Of a stretch of DNA of 64,000 nucleotides, positions 23,863 through 36,165 are shown piece by piece. Source of the DNA: Convolutriloba macropyga (taxonomy: Eukaryota); contig NC_134468.1 in assembly GCF_964194025.1 (NCBI RefSeq), positions 3,224,001-3,288,000 of the forward strand, written 5' to 3'. Position 1 is the first letter of the stretch. Each line of letters opens with the position of its first letter. The notes below the pieces were generated by a model. That model was not told where the DNA came from, ran no database searches, and worked only from the letters and a program-made list of their open reading frames with translations. The translations under genes and the position numbers were made by a program.

Positions 23863-26800
23863 ATTGTCCGCTAAACTGGAAAACGATTCCCTCGAGATGA
23901 TATGTCACACATGGCAAACATTTATATGTGGGCACCAAAAGAAAGCACAATCCTGCATCTGTTTTGTGATCGTGTGAAAACTGGTTGTTGTCTCTCAGAA
24001 CAGAATTTCTTTGAAAATTCGGTTTTCCTTTTTCACAAAAATTGTTCCTCATTCGTTAAAATGAACAAGTTATGTCCAACGGTTCTCATTTCAAAATTGA
24101 AAAGCTAAATTAGGATTTGCTCTCCCCTAACTCTGATTGAATATTGGCTAACCCGGGGACATTCCAGCACAGCACTACGTCAAAATAAAGCGTTTTGTAT
24201 TCTTCAAAACCATTAACAAGTTAATAATGCTAAAAACAGAACCAGCTGAGAAAAATGTAAAACAAAAAAAAATACAGCATTAGAAAACAAACAACTAACG
24301 GCAAAAATAGATGAGTCAAACTAACATCCTCCCTTCTTCAACCACAGCTCCCATTGAAGCATTATCAATTTTGCGACGCCTAAATGTCCGTGAGCCTCGA
24401 ATGCAGAGGATGAGTGGGGATGAGTATAGCGAGAGATAAAAGTGACTTGTCTTACTCTTAGTATTTATATTGAAGAGCACCTGTAGTTCCAGAAAAGAGT
24501 ATTTGGATAAAATGATTGACTCTCATCATTATCATTTGAATTTTCTTCGATCGGAGGTAGAATAAGGTCTTCAAAATAGGGCAAATTGAATTGGCTTCTA
24601 ATTTTTTAGAAAATGAGCCAGCATGTTTGGCATGTTTGGAGAACAGGTTTTCTACTCAACAAACACCGTAGTGATTTCAGTCACGGGAGTACGGGAACAA
24701 AATACTTTTATTGTCTTTCAACGGGTAAAACTCTTGTTCTTTTCAAATTTTTCCAATGTTTTGAAATGAAGTTGGGAGAGAAAGCAGTGAATTGTTGACT
24801 TCTTTTTGGCCAGGTGGAGGTTATGATTTCTACCTGTACATATCCTTCGGAAGTGTGAAGCCAGTAGTCTGTCTTTTTATTATTACACTACTGCAATCTA
24901 CATCAAATGATAATTCCAATTTGTTATCGGTTAATACTGTTTTGAATTTTGATGCTTCGATGTTAGGAGCGTAATCTAAGCGTGAGTGAAGTGTTAAGAA
25001 GTGTAAAGAAAAGATGTTGAGCGAAGTAAAGGAAGAATTGGAGCATTTTGCATATTTCAGACCACTTATGTTGAGCTCAGATAAAACACAAATTGAATCG
25101 ATTTTGTTTCTCAGGATCAACAAAATCAAAAATCAAATTTGACCGATTATATGATTGGATAAAGAAAAGCAAGAATTGGTTGTTTTCAAAATGAAATTAA
25201 TTTCCTATTTGACAATTGGGAAACAAAAAGTTCAGTTTAAAGCGACACAGTAAAATGAAATTCTAAAAAAGAAATTAAACAAAAATACTTTGAAAAATTC
25301 AAAAAGTGGAAAATGGAAAAGAAGAAAAATTAAATAACCCAATTTTTATAGAAAACTTTATGTCGAAAACGACATTTTTCAATCAATTTTTATCTAAGTT
25401 AAACAATATTTTAAAAATTTAATTGAACAAAAATCGCTTCAAGACATCAAAAACTAAAAATCTGAAAAATCTATTGTTTCGTTTGTAAAAAATGAAAACA
25501 CCAATTAATTGTTTAGAATTTTATCTAAAAAGCGCCAGTTTTTAACCATTTCTGCGCATTTAAATGAGAAAAAACCACATTCTAAAATTTTAATTGAACT
25601 AAAAATTGCTTAAAAACATCGAAAGTTAATAAATCGAAAAACGAAAATAATCAAACGAACATTTTTGGGGAAAAAATTTAAGTTAAGAACGACAATTTCG
25701 CATCAAAATTTATTCAAAAGAAAGAAAATTGTAAAAGCGAAAAATGAAATAAAGCAAAAAATCTGTGACTAATAGTTTAATCATGCGATCTTGCAAAGAA
25801 ATGAGTCATCCTATCTAATTCATCATAAAAAACATTATCTTCGTAATACCCTTCGAGTGAACAACTTGGGTATTGTGCTGTGCGGTACGTCTTTGCAAAA
25901 CACGTAAGCCGTTCTTAATTTTCAATGAGTCATATTAATTTTTCATTGAAGGGTTATCTTGACAATCTTCTTTGTGTGAACAGCTTTGGTATCATGCTGT
26001 GAGTTTAGTGTTTTGAAATTGTTATTAGTTAAGTGTAAAATAGGAACGGTTGAATGACTAATTTGTTTTTAAGGGATTAGCATGGTAATTCTTTTCTTGT
26101 GAACAGCTTGGGTATCATGCTGTGAGGTACATCTTTGGAAATTGACATTATTAAAGTAAAATATGGGAAAAGTAAATGACCTTACTAATTTGTTACTAAG
26201 AGATGATCTTGCTAATCACCTTCGTGGGAACAGCTTGGTTATCATGCTGAGGTGTTAGTCTTTGGAATTTGACATTAGTAAACTGTAAAATGGGAAAGTT
26301 AAATGATATTACAATTTTGTTACTAAGAGATTATCTTGCTAACCCCTTTCGTGTGAAGAGCTTGAGTATCATGCTGTCAGGTACATTTTTGAAAGTCTTT
26401 AAGCCATACGTAAGTTTAATAAATTCGTCCTATCTAATTCAACAATAAAACGCTACCTAACTAATCCCTTTCGTGTGAAGAGCTTGAATAAGTCGTACGT
26501 TACTGTACATGAGTCCTTTTAAAATATTATTAAAGGTTTATTTGCTCATTGTTTTTGTGTCAACAGCCTGAGTACCATGCTGTGAGGTTTTCTTTGGATT
26601 TTAGGGGAGTATGGGCTGTCTGATGTTAAAACATAGGTATATCTTTTTACCCCCTGTCCTGGTCACGATATACTATTGTCCGCTAAACTGGAAAACGATT
26701 CCCTCGAGATGATATGTCACACATGGCAAACATTTATATGTGGGCACCAAAAGAAAGCACAATCCTGCATCTGTTTTGTGATCGTGTGAAAACTGGTTGT

Positions 26801-27224
26801 TGTCTCTCAGAACAGAATTTCTTTGAAAATTCGGTTTTCCTTTTTCACAAAAATCGTTCCTCATTCGTTAAAATGAACAAGTTATGTCCAACGGTTCTCA
26901 TTTCAAAATTGAAAAGCTAAATTAGGATTTGCTCTCCCCTAACTCTGATTGAATATTGGCTAACCCGGGGACATTCCAGCACAGCACTACGTCAAAATAA
27001 AGCGTTTTGTATTCTTCAAAACCATTAACAAGTTAATAATGCTAAAAACAGAACCAGCTGAGAAAAATGTAAAACAAAAAAAAATACAGCATTAGAAAAC
27101 AAACAACTAACGGCAAAAATAGATGAGTCAAACTAACATCCTCCCTTCTTCAACCACAGCTCCCATTGAAGCATTATCAATTTTGCGACGCCTAATTGTC
27201 CGTGAGCCTCGAATGCAGAGGATG
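21602..27224. repeat. Tandem duplication, 2812-bp unit (21602-24412 and 24414-27224)
   Basis: ORF pairs are offset by exactly 2812 (21801/24613, 23861/26673). Only about six substitutions seen between copies. Confidence 0.97.
23030..23780. repeat. Degenerate ~120-125-bp tandem repeat, ~7 units, core gtgaacagcttgggtatcatgctgtgagg (duplicated at ~25842-26592)
   Basis: Core recurs at ~23046, 23164, 23288, 23412, 23539, 23661 and 23746. Confidence 0.85.
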
Positions 27225-27229
27225 GAACT

Positions 27230-27633
27230 CCCTTGTTCACATGTCAAGTTTTCCAAATAAAGGAAAGACAACACTTTTCGCTTCTTCAAGAAGACGTCGA
27301 AAGGCATCGGAAATTTGTTGTTGACAGATTATTATCAAACTGTTTGTATTCATCATCTCATCAGCTCATAATTTCTTGAATAGCATTTGTTTCAAGAAAC
27401 AGGGAGATTATATCCCACTTTTTCCATTGGTCTAACCGTCTTGCAATTGTTTAATACTTGAGCCGTCATCGTCCGTTTTCTTTCCGGCAACAATGAGACG
27501 GTATTACTATTATGCAGTATATTGCCTTGCCGTCTCCGTGTTAGAATAAAATGGCACAAACGATTTCATTCAAGGTATCGGTGAATTTAAAGCTTTTCTT
27601 GTTTCTTGGCAGCATAAAAACGATTTCGAGCAA
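27230..27633 (-). pseudogene. Old fragment related to the CRE-like element (region upstream of RT)
   Basis: 'ccgtcatcgtccgttttctt...atgagacggta' at ~27460-27505 resembles 'ccatcgtccgtgttctt...' at ~39108-39150 (LPHL.L...K.DDGS peptide). Confidence 0.45.
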
Positions 27634-28575
27634 TGTGACTGTTCGGACATTAGTGGGAGGGATACAAGTAAGAGAAGCTGATGGTAGTCTGAAAACGTAT
27701 GATTAACTAACAACTGAGTAATTCAGGCATGCGTGTAAATTAACAAGGAAACATATGGTTACCCTAGAAAGAGAAAAGTATACCACCTCTCAGAAGTGAT
27801 TAAATGGGAGATTGAAGTGTGTGGACCATGAATGGTAGGACGAATAAAACTACTAATTATTTTAAATAGAGCAAATCTTAGATTATTGATTTGATTATTA
27901 GTAAAACAAGTATTTGTCGAGCCAATAGTTTTTGAGACGAAGACGAAAAGAGAATGAAATTTGTCAATGATTGTGTTTGTTAAGTTTCTCTAGTTTTTTG
28001 AGAAGCCATTTGCGTTGTGTCATTAAAACCAGCAATTACAGTTATAGTGTGTATTTTTTTTGTCTGAACTGTTGAGGGGTTCTAGTCAAGACCCCGTCGG
28101 TAGTACATCTGAAGGAGTTTATGGTTGCTTTTGGCTGCACAGTAGCCACCAGTGGGCCATACTCTATATCTTTGCCTAACTGAGCGTGGCACTTGCTTAA
28201 AATGAAAAGTTAGAAGTTAATTTATTCAGTAGATCAATGTGAAGAAATGTTGGTTTAAACAAGTTAAAATTAAATAGAGTGGTTGGCTCTGATGTTAGGT
28301 TTGGTGTTCAATGAATGAATTCGATCCTCGCTTTGGTCGGTACCCAATATCAGTTCTTTCATTGTGGTAAATTACCCAAGTCAACAAAGGTATGTCAGTT
28401 GCGTTGATTTGGCTCGAAGCCCGAGCTTTGTCTAATCAAAGATCTATTTTTTCTAACACCTATCACCATTGTGTCAGCCATAAATCAGTTGATAAATCAA
28501 GTTTTAAACTAGATCTTTGACATTGAAACCCAAGGTTCTAGTACATCTTTTTTATATATACGTCTGACACTGGCA
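27634..28575 (-). repeat. Putative 3' LTR of the Gypsy element, preceded by a polypurine tract at 28576-28588
   Basis: Minus strand reads aaagagagggcag (PPT) then TG... at 28575. Opposite end TGTGACTGTTCGGAC at 27634 is a loose inverted match to TGCCAGTGTCAGAC. No 5' LTR is present for confirmation. Confidence 0.5.
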
Positions 28576-28704
28576 CTGCCCTCTCTTTGCGAGAATAAAG
28601 TGCAACACACTCTCAAAGTCAAACGAAATGTTCATTCACTGATCTTGTTATATGAACGTCTTGCTGTAAAAAAAATTAGTATTTTCATATGTAAAGCTTA
28701 TTTA

Positions 28705-29596
28705 TCAGTTTCCGCTGTTCATAAATTTTCCTGCCTTGTCAATTCCAAATATGTTGTACGCTTCTCTCGCCGCATCATTTGTCAGAATTTGATTTGCCCG
28801 GATGATGGTCTTGAAGAACCCTTTGTCTCCACCAGCATCAGGGTGCTTCAACAGGCTCAATTTGTGATAGCGTTTCCTGATTTGATCTTTTCGAAGCAGA
28901 ACTGAACTTTTTATCAACGGAATCTCATATAGCGTAGCAGTCCGGTTCATAATAATTTTGTTTTAATTCTCGAATAAAGATTTCTCAGTGGCCTTTGTTT
29001 TAGAGTTTTTGTTTCTAGGAGAGGGTTTTTGTCGAATCTTTTTTCCGCATTCTTTGGCCAAATACTGGTCGTAGTTTTTCCAGCTGCTCGAGCTCTGACC
29101 GCAATTGGTCATACATTTTCTCAAATTCTTAAATGATTTTCCCCTTTTTAGCAGCATTGACTTTCAAATCGGCCAACTTTTGATTTAATACCTCTATAGA
29201 ATGCTCCTGATGAGCATTTCTGGCTGATGCTGCCTTTAAGTTTTCTCGTTACCCCTCACAATGAGCGCTCCATTTCCCCAATACTTCTTTTGTTGCTTCT
29301 GTGGTCTTGTTGCAATGGTTTCCAGTTCTTGTCAAAGCTCAACGAGGTCTTTTTGAAGTGAGGAGTTAGTGCTCTTCATTTTCTCTAACTGCGAGGACTG
29401 ATTTTGCAGTTCCACTTCAGTCTTCAGAGCACGCAACCGAATATTGGCGGATGCCAGAAGTTCTAGTCTAGAAACTTTCCAAGACCGCTACAGACAGGAT
29501 TCCATTCGGTACATTCCCGGAAAAATCTCGGCAACAGTTTTCCACAATTCTAGCTTGTAGAACACATCATTTTTGCTTCTAAAGTTTCTCGACATT
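28705..29596 (-). pseudogene. Disrupted intronless ORF: coiled-coil region plus C-terminal J (DnaJ) domain (28705-28950)
   Basis: TLYEIP...KDQIRKRYHKLSLLKHPDAGGDKGFFKTIIRANQILTNDAAREAYNIFG has J-domain helices and the HPD motif. Upstream frames are E/K/L/Q-rich with stops. Confidence 0.75.
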
Positions 29597-29639
29597 TTCA
29601 ATCTTGAACTCAATTTTTTTCCTTTTTTCCTGTTGTCTT

Positions 29640-30222
29640 TTGGTCTCGAACTCGAAACGTATCCTTTCTTCTGTTTTTTTTTTTGGTCTTGAACTCAAGA
29701 CAATTTTTTTGGTCTTGACCTCGAAACGTTGCCTATCTTTTTTCTTTTGATCTCAAACTCGAGACGTTCCCTTTTTTTGGTCTCGAAAGACAAAATTTTT
29801 TTGTTCTCGAACTCGAGACAACTTTTTGGTCTCAACCTCGAGACGTTTCTTTTTTCTTTTTTGGTCTTGAACTGAAGTCAATTTTTGGGTCTCGAACTCA
29901 AGAAGTTTCCTTTCTGGTTTTTTTTTGGTCTGGAACTCAAGACATTTTCTTTCTACTTTTTTTGGTCTCAAATTCGAGACGTTGCCGTTTTTTTGGTTTC
30001 GAAAGACAATTTTTTTTTGGTCTCGAACTCGAGACAACTTTTTGGTCCCGACCTCGAGCCGTTTCTTTTTTTTTGGTCTTGAACTCAAGTCAATTGTTTG
30101 GTCTCGAACTCGAGAAGTTTCCTTTCTGTTTTTTTTTTGGTCTTGAAATCAAGACATTTTCTTACTACTTTTTTGGTCTCAAACTAGAGACGTTCCCGTT
30201 TTTTGGTCTTGAATTCAAAACA
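29640..30222. repeat. Array of ~19 imperfect palindromes GTCTCGA-AC-TCGAGAC separated by T-tracts; higher-order period ~213 bp
   Basis: Direct reading. The variant order repeats at ~29749, 29963 and 30175. Confidence 0.9.
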
Positions 30223-30339
30223 AAGTTTTTTTGTTTTTTCTTTCAACAATTGATTATTTTATGGACCCTTTTTCTTCAACCATTTTCTTTTGTTCTCGGC
30301 GTTCATTCTTTAATTTGATTAAATGATTATACATACGTA

Positions 30340-31935
30340 TTCCCATTACGGAGTCAAGATTCCGCAATAGTTGTTAACAAGACGCTCCATTAATAATTAA
30401 TCCTAAACATATTAACAATTTAGGAAGTAAATTTTTACAACTTGAAAAATGAGGTAGAGTGCTAAGAATGACACAGCAATTTCCTTCGTTTTTAACCAGA
30501 TGTATAAGCACTCAGTTTTTAATTCCGAAAAATGGTTATTTCAGTTGCTAGAATAATTTCCTGCTCGTTCCAGTGAATAAAATTTTTATGACTGTAATTT
30601 TCATCCGAATCTGTGAATGCTTCCCGACTGATAATTTCACGACTATTGTGGCGAAATGTTCAATTTGAAATGTTCAAATGTGGCAATTTGAAACTGTTTT
30701 CATCGTGATGTGGAGAAAAAGCTGCTGCGATGCAGGTTTTCATCATTTACATTTAAGTTACAATTGAGCGACCACTGATATATCTCACGATTGAATTTAT
30801 TCAGCCGTTTCTCCGTTTTGTTTAAAACTGCCGTCTTCCTTTTGACAAAATTCGATTACAGCCAGTTGCATGAAACTGTTTCGTAATTATGATACAAATT
30901 TTGTAATAGATCTGTAATCATGATACAAAATGTAAGGGTGTGCATATATCTAATAGAAGAAAAGTTCTGACACTCTAATAACAAAGGAGCTTCTGTGCAA
31001 AAAGGAATTGTTGTTATTGTTGCAACCAGCTTGGCACATTTATGAAAATTTAAAACAGATCCTGTTTTTTCAAAAAATTTTATTGCAAATTTTTCATATT
31101 TGCTTTTGTGTAAAATTTTTCTTCTGTTAAAAGTGGTCGTGTGGTTACCAAAAATTTTTGCAGGGTCATTCTTATGAAACTGCTTGATCGTTTGACATGT
31201 TTGCTAATCTTTATTTTCAAAAAAATTTTTACTTATTTGTCTTCGAAGTGTGTGGCTTTGATGAAAACAGTTTTCCAGAACCGTAGGGGATCCTTAAAAT
31301 TTAATAGATTTCTTTGTAGCAGCTTTCCCCAAATTGTTCCGAAGTTAATTTTTGCACTAATTACCACATTTCCTATAAGCTTTTCTCCTTTAGGTGAAAC
31401 CCACTGCACAGGTTGTTCATACATAGCGCCTTCGTGTCAATTTTTTTGCCATGAAGCTTTGACTATGCACTTCTACATAAAAGGTTTTGCTGTCTTGTCG
31501 TGAAATCGTTTTAGTTACCGACCTGATGACTTTATAAGTCCTATCCTCAAAACTTGGTATGAGAAAATTCTTCTTCTGTCAATTGTTTCTGCAAGTTCCC
31601 TCAATAAAAGGGAATACTGATTCAAGTAGTTCTGAAATTTCTGTGAGAAAAATGACATCGTCATATACGATTCTCTTTTAAGCGCAGACACTTTATATAC
31701 CGCTTCATACATGCAAATATTTAGTTTTATCTCAGGCTGAACCTCAGTTTATATTATTTTTTCCATTGTTATTGGTACTCTGATTTTTCAATCACAGTTT
31801 GTACTGTGATCTAGAGAATAGATCTTTGCTGACACGGTATTGTCAAAACATAACCCTATAACTTGTTACATGGTGATGGAGAAGCAAAAAAAAACTAGCA
31901 ATGCCAGATACAGACATAGTGATACTCCCTCATAC
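30340..31935 (-). pseudogene. Probable env-like glycoprotein ORF remnant of the Gypsy element
   Basis: Starts MGVSLCLYLALLVFF (signal-peptide-like), then Cys-containing GLCFDNTVSAKIYSLDHSTNC, and ends in hydrophobic LPKLLICLGLIING. Lies directly 3' of integrase. Frameshifted. Confidence 0.5.
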
Positions 31936-32299
31936 GATCCTCCGGAAAAACTCGCCTTTCTTTTCAATTCTATTATCTCTTTCTAAATTTTCCTGAAACC
32001 AAACATCATCAGTTTTCTGACTGCTAAAGTACTCTTCATCTTGCTCAGTAAAGTAATTCTTTGAATTCTCAGGCACCAATTTTAATGGGCTGCTACTTTG
32101 TAGTCATTTTTGGTGCTTCGGGATCAATATTAACCTCTTCTTTAGTACATTTTGTTTTACTACAAGATGTGTGTGGTTTTTTCTCTGGTTTTGGACTTTT
32201 TGATTCTGCTGCTTTTTTTAGCGTACTCTTTAAGTTTCAACAAACTGCACCTCCTCTCTCGGCAACTTTGTTTGCCTTCTCAAGCTCTTTAGAGGTTTC

Positions 32300-35200
32300 T
32301 TACTCTGATTCTTTAGCTTCATTCTCAGACGTGTCATTTGTAACATTTAATGAATCGTTAGCATCCTCAGCTTCAGATTGATTTTCTGTGTTTAGATTAC
32401 TTTCACTGTCTTTGGAAGATTCCATTTCTTTTTTATCATCAAAGTCTGAGCTGTTCAAATCAATTTTTTCTGCCCATTTACTGTTTTTTCCCTTTTGCTC
32501 AGGAGCGAATGACTTTTCTCCTGTTTTATGCTTTTTCAGTTGGTCATAATGGACCTTCCTCCTCTTTTTATGTTCTACTTGGAAGTTCAAATTGTTTAAA
32601 ATTTCAACTATTGTGTATAGCTCTATATAAAAAGAAGTCAATTTTCTTGTTTTTTTTTAAAGTTGGGTTGGAAACTAACATTTCTTCGCCAACCTTATAG
32701 CTCGTTCAATACCTACTGCAATCATAATAGGTCTTCTGGCGTTATTGTTTGAATCCATATGTTCTCGCATCAACTAATCCGTTTCCTGTAGTTTGTTTTT
32801 TCATTGTGAAAACACAGGGACTTGATATTGCATATATTTTGGTGTGTGGTTTGCTATAGATGCAGTATATAGGTGGGAACAATGGAAAACCCAGTACCAC
32901 ATATGCTGGGCTGTATTTTTTACCTTAGGGATTGATGTTCGATAGACCATCATCGCTAAGGGCAGAAATTTGGTCCACTCATTTTGATATTGGCCTATTC
33001 ATTTAGAGAGACGTTCATCTATTGTCCGATTTTTTCTTCTTTCAATCATCGCGTTCCGTTGTGGTTGTTAGGACGTTATTGATGTCTTCTGAGTTCCTAG
33101 TTCAATGCAAAGACTACGAAATAGTTTTGACATAGAGTTCGACCCTTGTTCACTGTGTACTTGACAGTGTTCAGCAAACACTCTTGAGACGGTTTTTGCC
33201 TCTTAGTTGGGTAAAGCTACCGCTCCATAACACTTACTGAATTGATCACCGAGACGCAAAAGGTACTTGTTTCCCTGAGACTCGTGAAATGGATCCATGA
33301 TATCAAGAGATACTTGCCAAAATGGTTGTCTAGGTTTCAATTTTGCGAGTGAATGCCGATGTTAGTGCCTTAGCTTTTTAGGGCACATGTCACAGTTTTC
33401 AATACAGTTTCTTACGTCCCTCCTCATGCACGGCCAATGAAACCTTTCAGAAGCCTTCTGGTACGTTTCCTCAATCCGAAAATGACCTGCGCTAGGAGAG
33501 TCATGCAACAGTTCAAGCACGTTGGACACTCTCTACCATTGTACAGCCATTTGGTAAACGGTCTCCTCAAAGTTAGGTTCTGTTTTGTGTTTACCATACA
33601 AAGTCCCTTCTATGAGACAAAGGTTTGTACACTGAACGCAGTATTTCCATAATTCTTTGGATGCTCCAATTTTTATTTGCCCTGTTCCTGTTTTTTGTTC
33701 AGAACCCAGGTGCATATTTCTCTGAGTAGCGTGTCATTTTAATGCAAATCTCGTAGTTTTACTCTCTGCAGTTTTTCTAACTGCTAACCTCAACTGACAT
33801 AATCGTAATGATTGCTCTGCGTCTATCGCAATAGCGTTAACAAAAGCTGTTTGTTCATCATCATCATCAGTCAGTTTGCGCGACAGACAGTCGGCGAGTG
33901 GCGTTGCCTGCTGCACTATGCTTGATGTCAAAGTTAAATTGCCCAAATTTCTCTGTCCATCTTGCAACCATACTGTCCGGTTCTTTAAAACTATAGATCC
34001 AGTCACGAGTCTGCTGGTCCGTTATAATTGAAAAGTTCTCACTAAGTAACAAAATTTTAAAATGTTGCGTAAAATGAACAATTGCAAGTAATTTGGCTTA
34101 GTTGCTGAACAATATTGCTGAGTTTTACTCATAGTTTTGCTAGCATATGCAATAACTCTATTCTCCGGTCCTTGTTTCTGGGTAACAATTGCTCCATTTC
34201 TTGTCAACGAACCATCCGTAGTTAATGTTGATATATACGGATCCCTATTATTTGTATATTATAAAACTGGGACATCCAGAAGCCTCTTCTTTAACTCCGT
34301 TACCGCATTTTTGCACTTTGGATTTCAATTAAATTTTTTTGACATTTTCAGTAGCCTGTTAATAGGTCCTGCTGTTTTTTCGAAACCCGGAATAATTTTT
34401 CGATAATAGCCCACAAGAGCTCGAAAGGCCCAGACACCTCTCAGGGAGGATGGTTCTTTCATTCTCTCTGCCGATCTTACTTTCTCTGGGTTGACCTCGA
34501 CCCCATTCTTGGATATAATGTGCACCAAGAAGCTGACACGCTCTTAGAAAAAACTGCATTTTGATCCCTTAATCTTTAATCCATTCTCCGCTAAACGTTG
34601 GAATACCAGTTCTAATTGTTTCATATGTTCGTCGAAATTTCTTCCGAAAACGATAACGTCATCTAGATACACTAGAGCCGTTTCGTAAGAGAGGCCAGCA
34701 AAATCAACCTCACTATAATTTGAAAAATTCCCGGTTCAGAGGCTAGTCTTTTAGGAATACTTTGCCAGTTATACAGGCCCAGAGGCGTTATTAAAGCTGT
34801 TAAATTCTGACTCTTTTCTTCGAGCGCCATCTGGAAGTCACCCGACTGGAGATCTATGGGGACTATTGTAATGTTTTTCCCAATTTACCCGCAAAAAGGT
34901 TGGTTTTTTTCTGGTGTTGAAAATACAGTCAAAATTATATAAGACTTCGTTGCCCAAGAAACAAGGCGTTATCTCATTTTCGGTGACTAAAAACTCAAGT
35001 GTTATCTCAGATGTTAATTTTTGAAGTTGGACTTGAATAGCTGTTGACTTCTTTACAGGCACTTTTCCATTGCTGGCAGCTATTATTTTTTTATTGCACA
35101 CTCTGATCTGGCTCATTTCTCCCAGCTGTTGGTAGAGTGTGTCGCTTAAAATGTTAACACTACGTCCTCTATCAATTAAGACCATTATCAATATGTCTTT

Positions 35201-35772
35201 TATCAATATTTTGGCAATCAAGGCCTCCAATGGGCTGTTTCCGCCACGCACAATTTTTACGTAGATTGCTGAAAATGAAGCCCTGCTATCTTCAGCTAGT
35301 TCTCGTTTAAACACGGGCAATTTCGTTTGAAATGATTTGACTGCCACATTACCTAGATGCAAGATTTCTCTGACAGCAACGGCGACATCTTTCTCTCAAA
35401 GCTCACCGCTGTATTTGATTGCTCAGAACGACTCTCGTCCGTCCAATCTCGGCTTCTGATCTCTTCTCCTTGTGTTGGTGATCGCGCTCTTCTATCGTAT
35501 ATGGCTCGTCTATTATCAATTCTAATTCTTTATAGCTATTATAGTTTCTATTTTTCTATCTCCGGTTTCTCTAGAATGTCGCTCACCTCCGGAACCTCTT
35601 TGGGCCTCGACCCTTGCAATGAAAACTTGATTATCTTGCATGTTAGATTGGTTAGTCTATAATGTTTACACTAAATCATTAATCGAATTAAAGAGTTGAT
35701 TGTTTTCATTCGGATGGATGGCAGAAAACCGCGGCTCATTATCTTCCTCCTCAATTCATTTAGGGTCCAGGT
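32300..35772 (-). mobile_element. Degraded Gypsy LTR retrotransposon gag(3' end)-pol: protease, RT, RNase H, integrase
   Basis: Protease VLIDRGRSVNIL (ORF 34838-35362); LVYLDDVIVFG (~34645-34677); HIISKNGVEVNPEKV; RVIAYASKTMS; RFHWPCMRRDVRNCIENCDMC; FWQVSLDIMDPF; KVHYDQLKK. PR-RT-RH-IN order. Confidence 0.9.
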
Positions 35773-35773
35773 C

Positions 35774-35905
35774 CATGATGATAAAATTGACAGAGAGAAT
35801 CTGATTTGTTCACGAAGGCTTTGAAAAGTTTATTTGACTGTCGGAATCTTCAGTTAAGCACGTATCGAGATATTCAGATATAATAAGGTAGAATATGGAT
35901 CCAGT
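35774..35905 (-). promoter_or_regulatory. Copy of the ~135-bp conserved block
   Basis: catgatgataaaattgacagagag...ggtagaatatggatccag. Confidence 0.4.
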
Positions 35906-36019
35906 ATTTTGAAGCGCGGAGCACCATTCACCTAAGAAACACTATGGCAGTACATTGAGAACAACTGATTAAATGGATTTAAATTTTTGTTAGTGAAACA
36001 ATTGAAAAATTTGATTTAA

Positions 36020-36165
36020 AAAAAAACAACCTGGTGATATTGATGCCAGACGGGTGTCTCAGGGTGTGTTCTGTCACGAATCCACTCGCTGGGTGGTAAA
36101 GACAAGATCTGCAGAGCTAACTTACTAAATAGAAAACGCTATTTATTAAGTTTATCACAACGATT
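36020..36165 (-). ncRNA. 3' part of the interrupted target locus: SL-like motif AATCGTTGTGATAAACTTAATAAATAG, hairpin and downstream T-run; candidate SL-RNA-like gene or pseudogene
   Basis: Motif at 36139-36165. 14-bp stem 36119-36132/36139-36152 with one mismatch. GTAAGT at 36125-36120. Its 5' part (AGCCT plus TSD) lies at 40657-40675. Confidence 0.45.

Noticed and set aside
28705-28950. Functional host DNAJ gene
   Set aside because: Intronless, upstream frames are disrupted, and it lies within retroelement sequence next to a PPT/LTR-like boundary.
29753-30318. Lys-rich and Phe-rich ORFs
   Set aside because: Translations of the palindrome/T-tract array.
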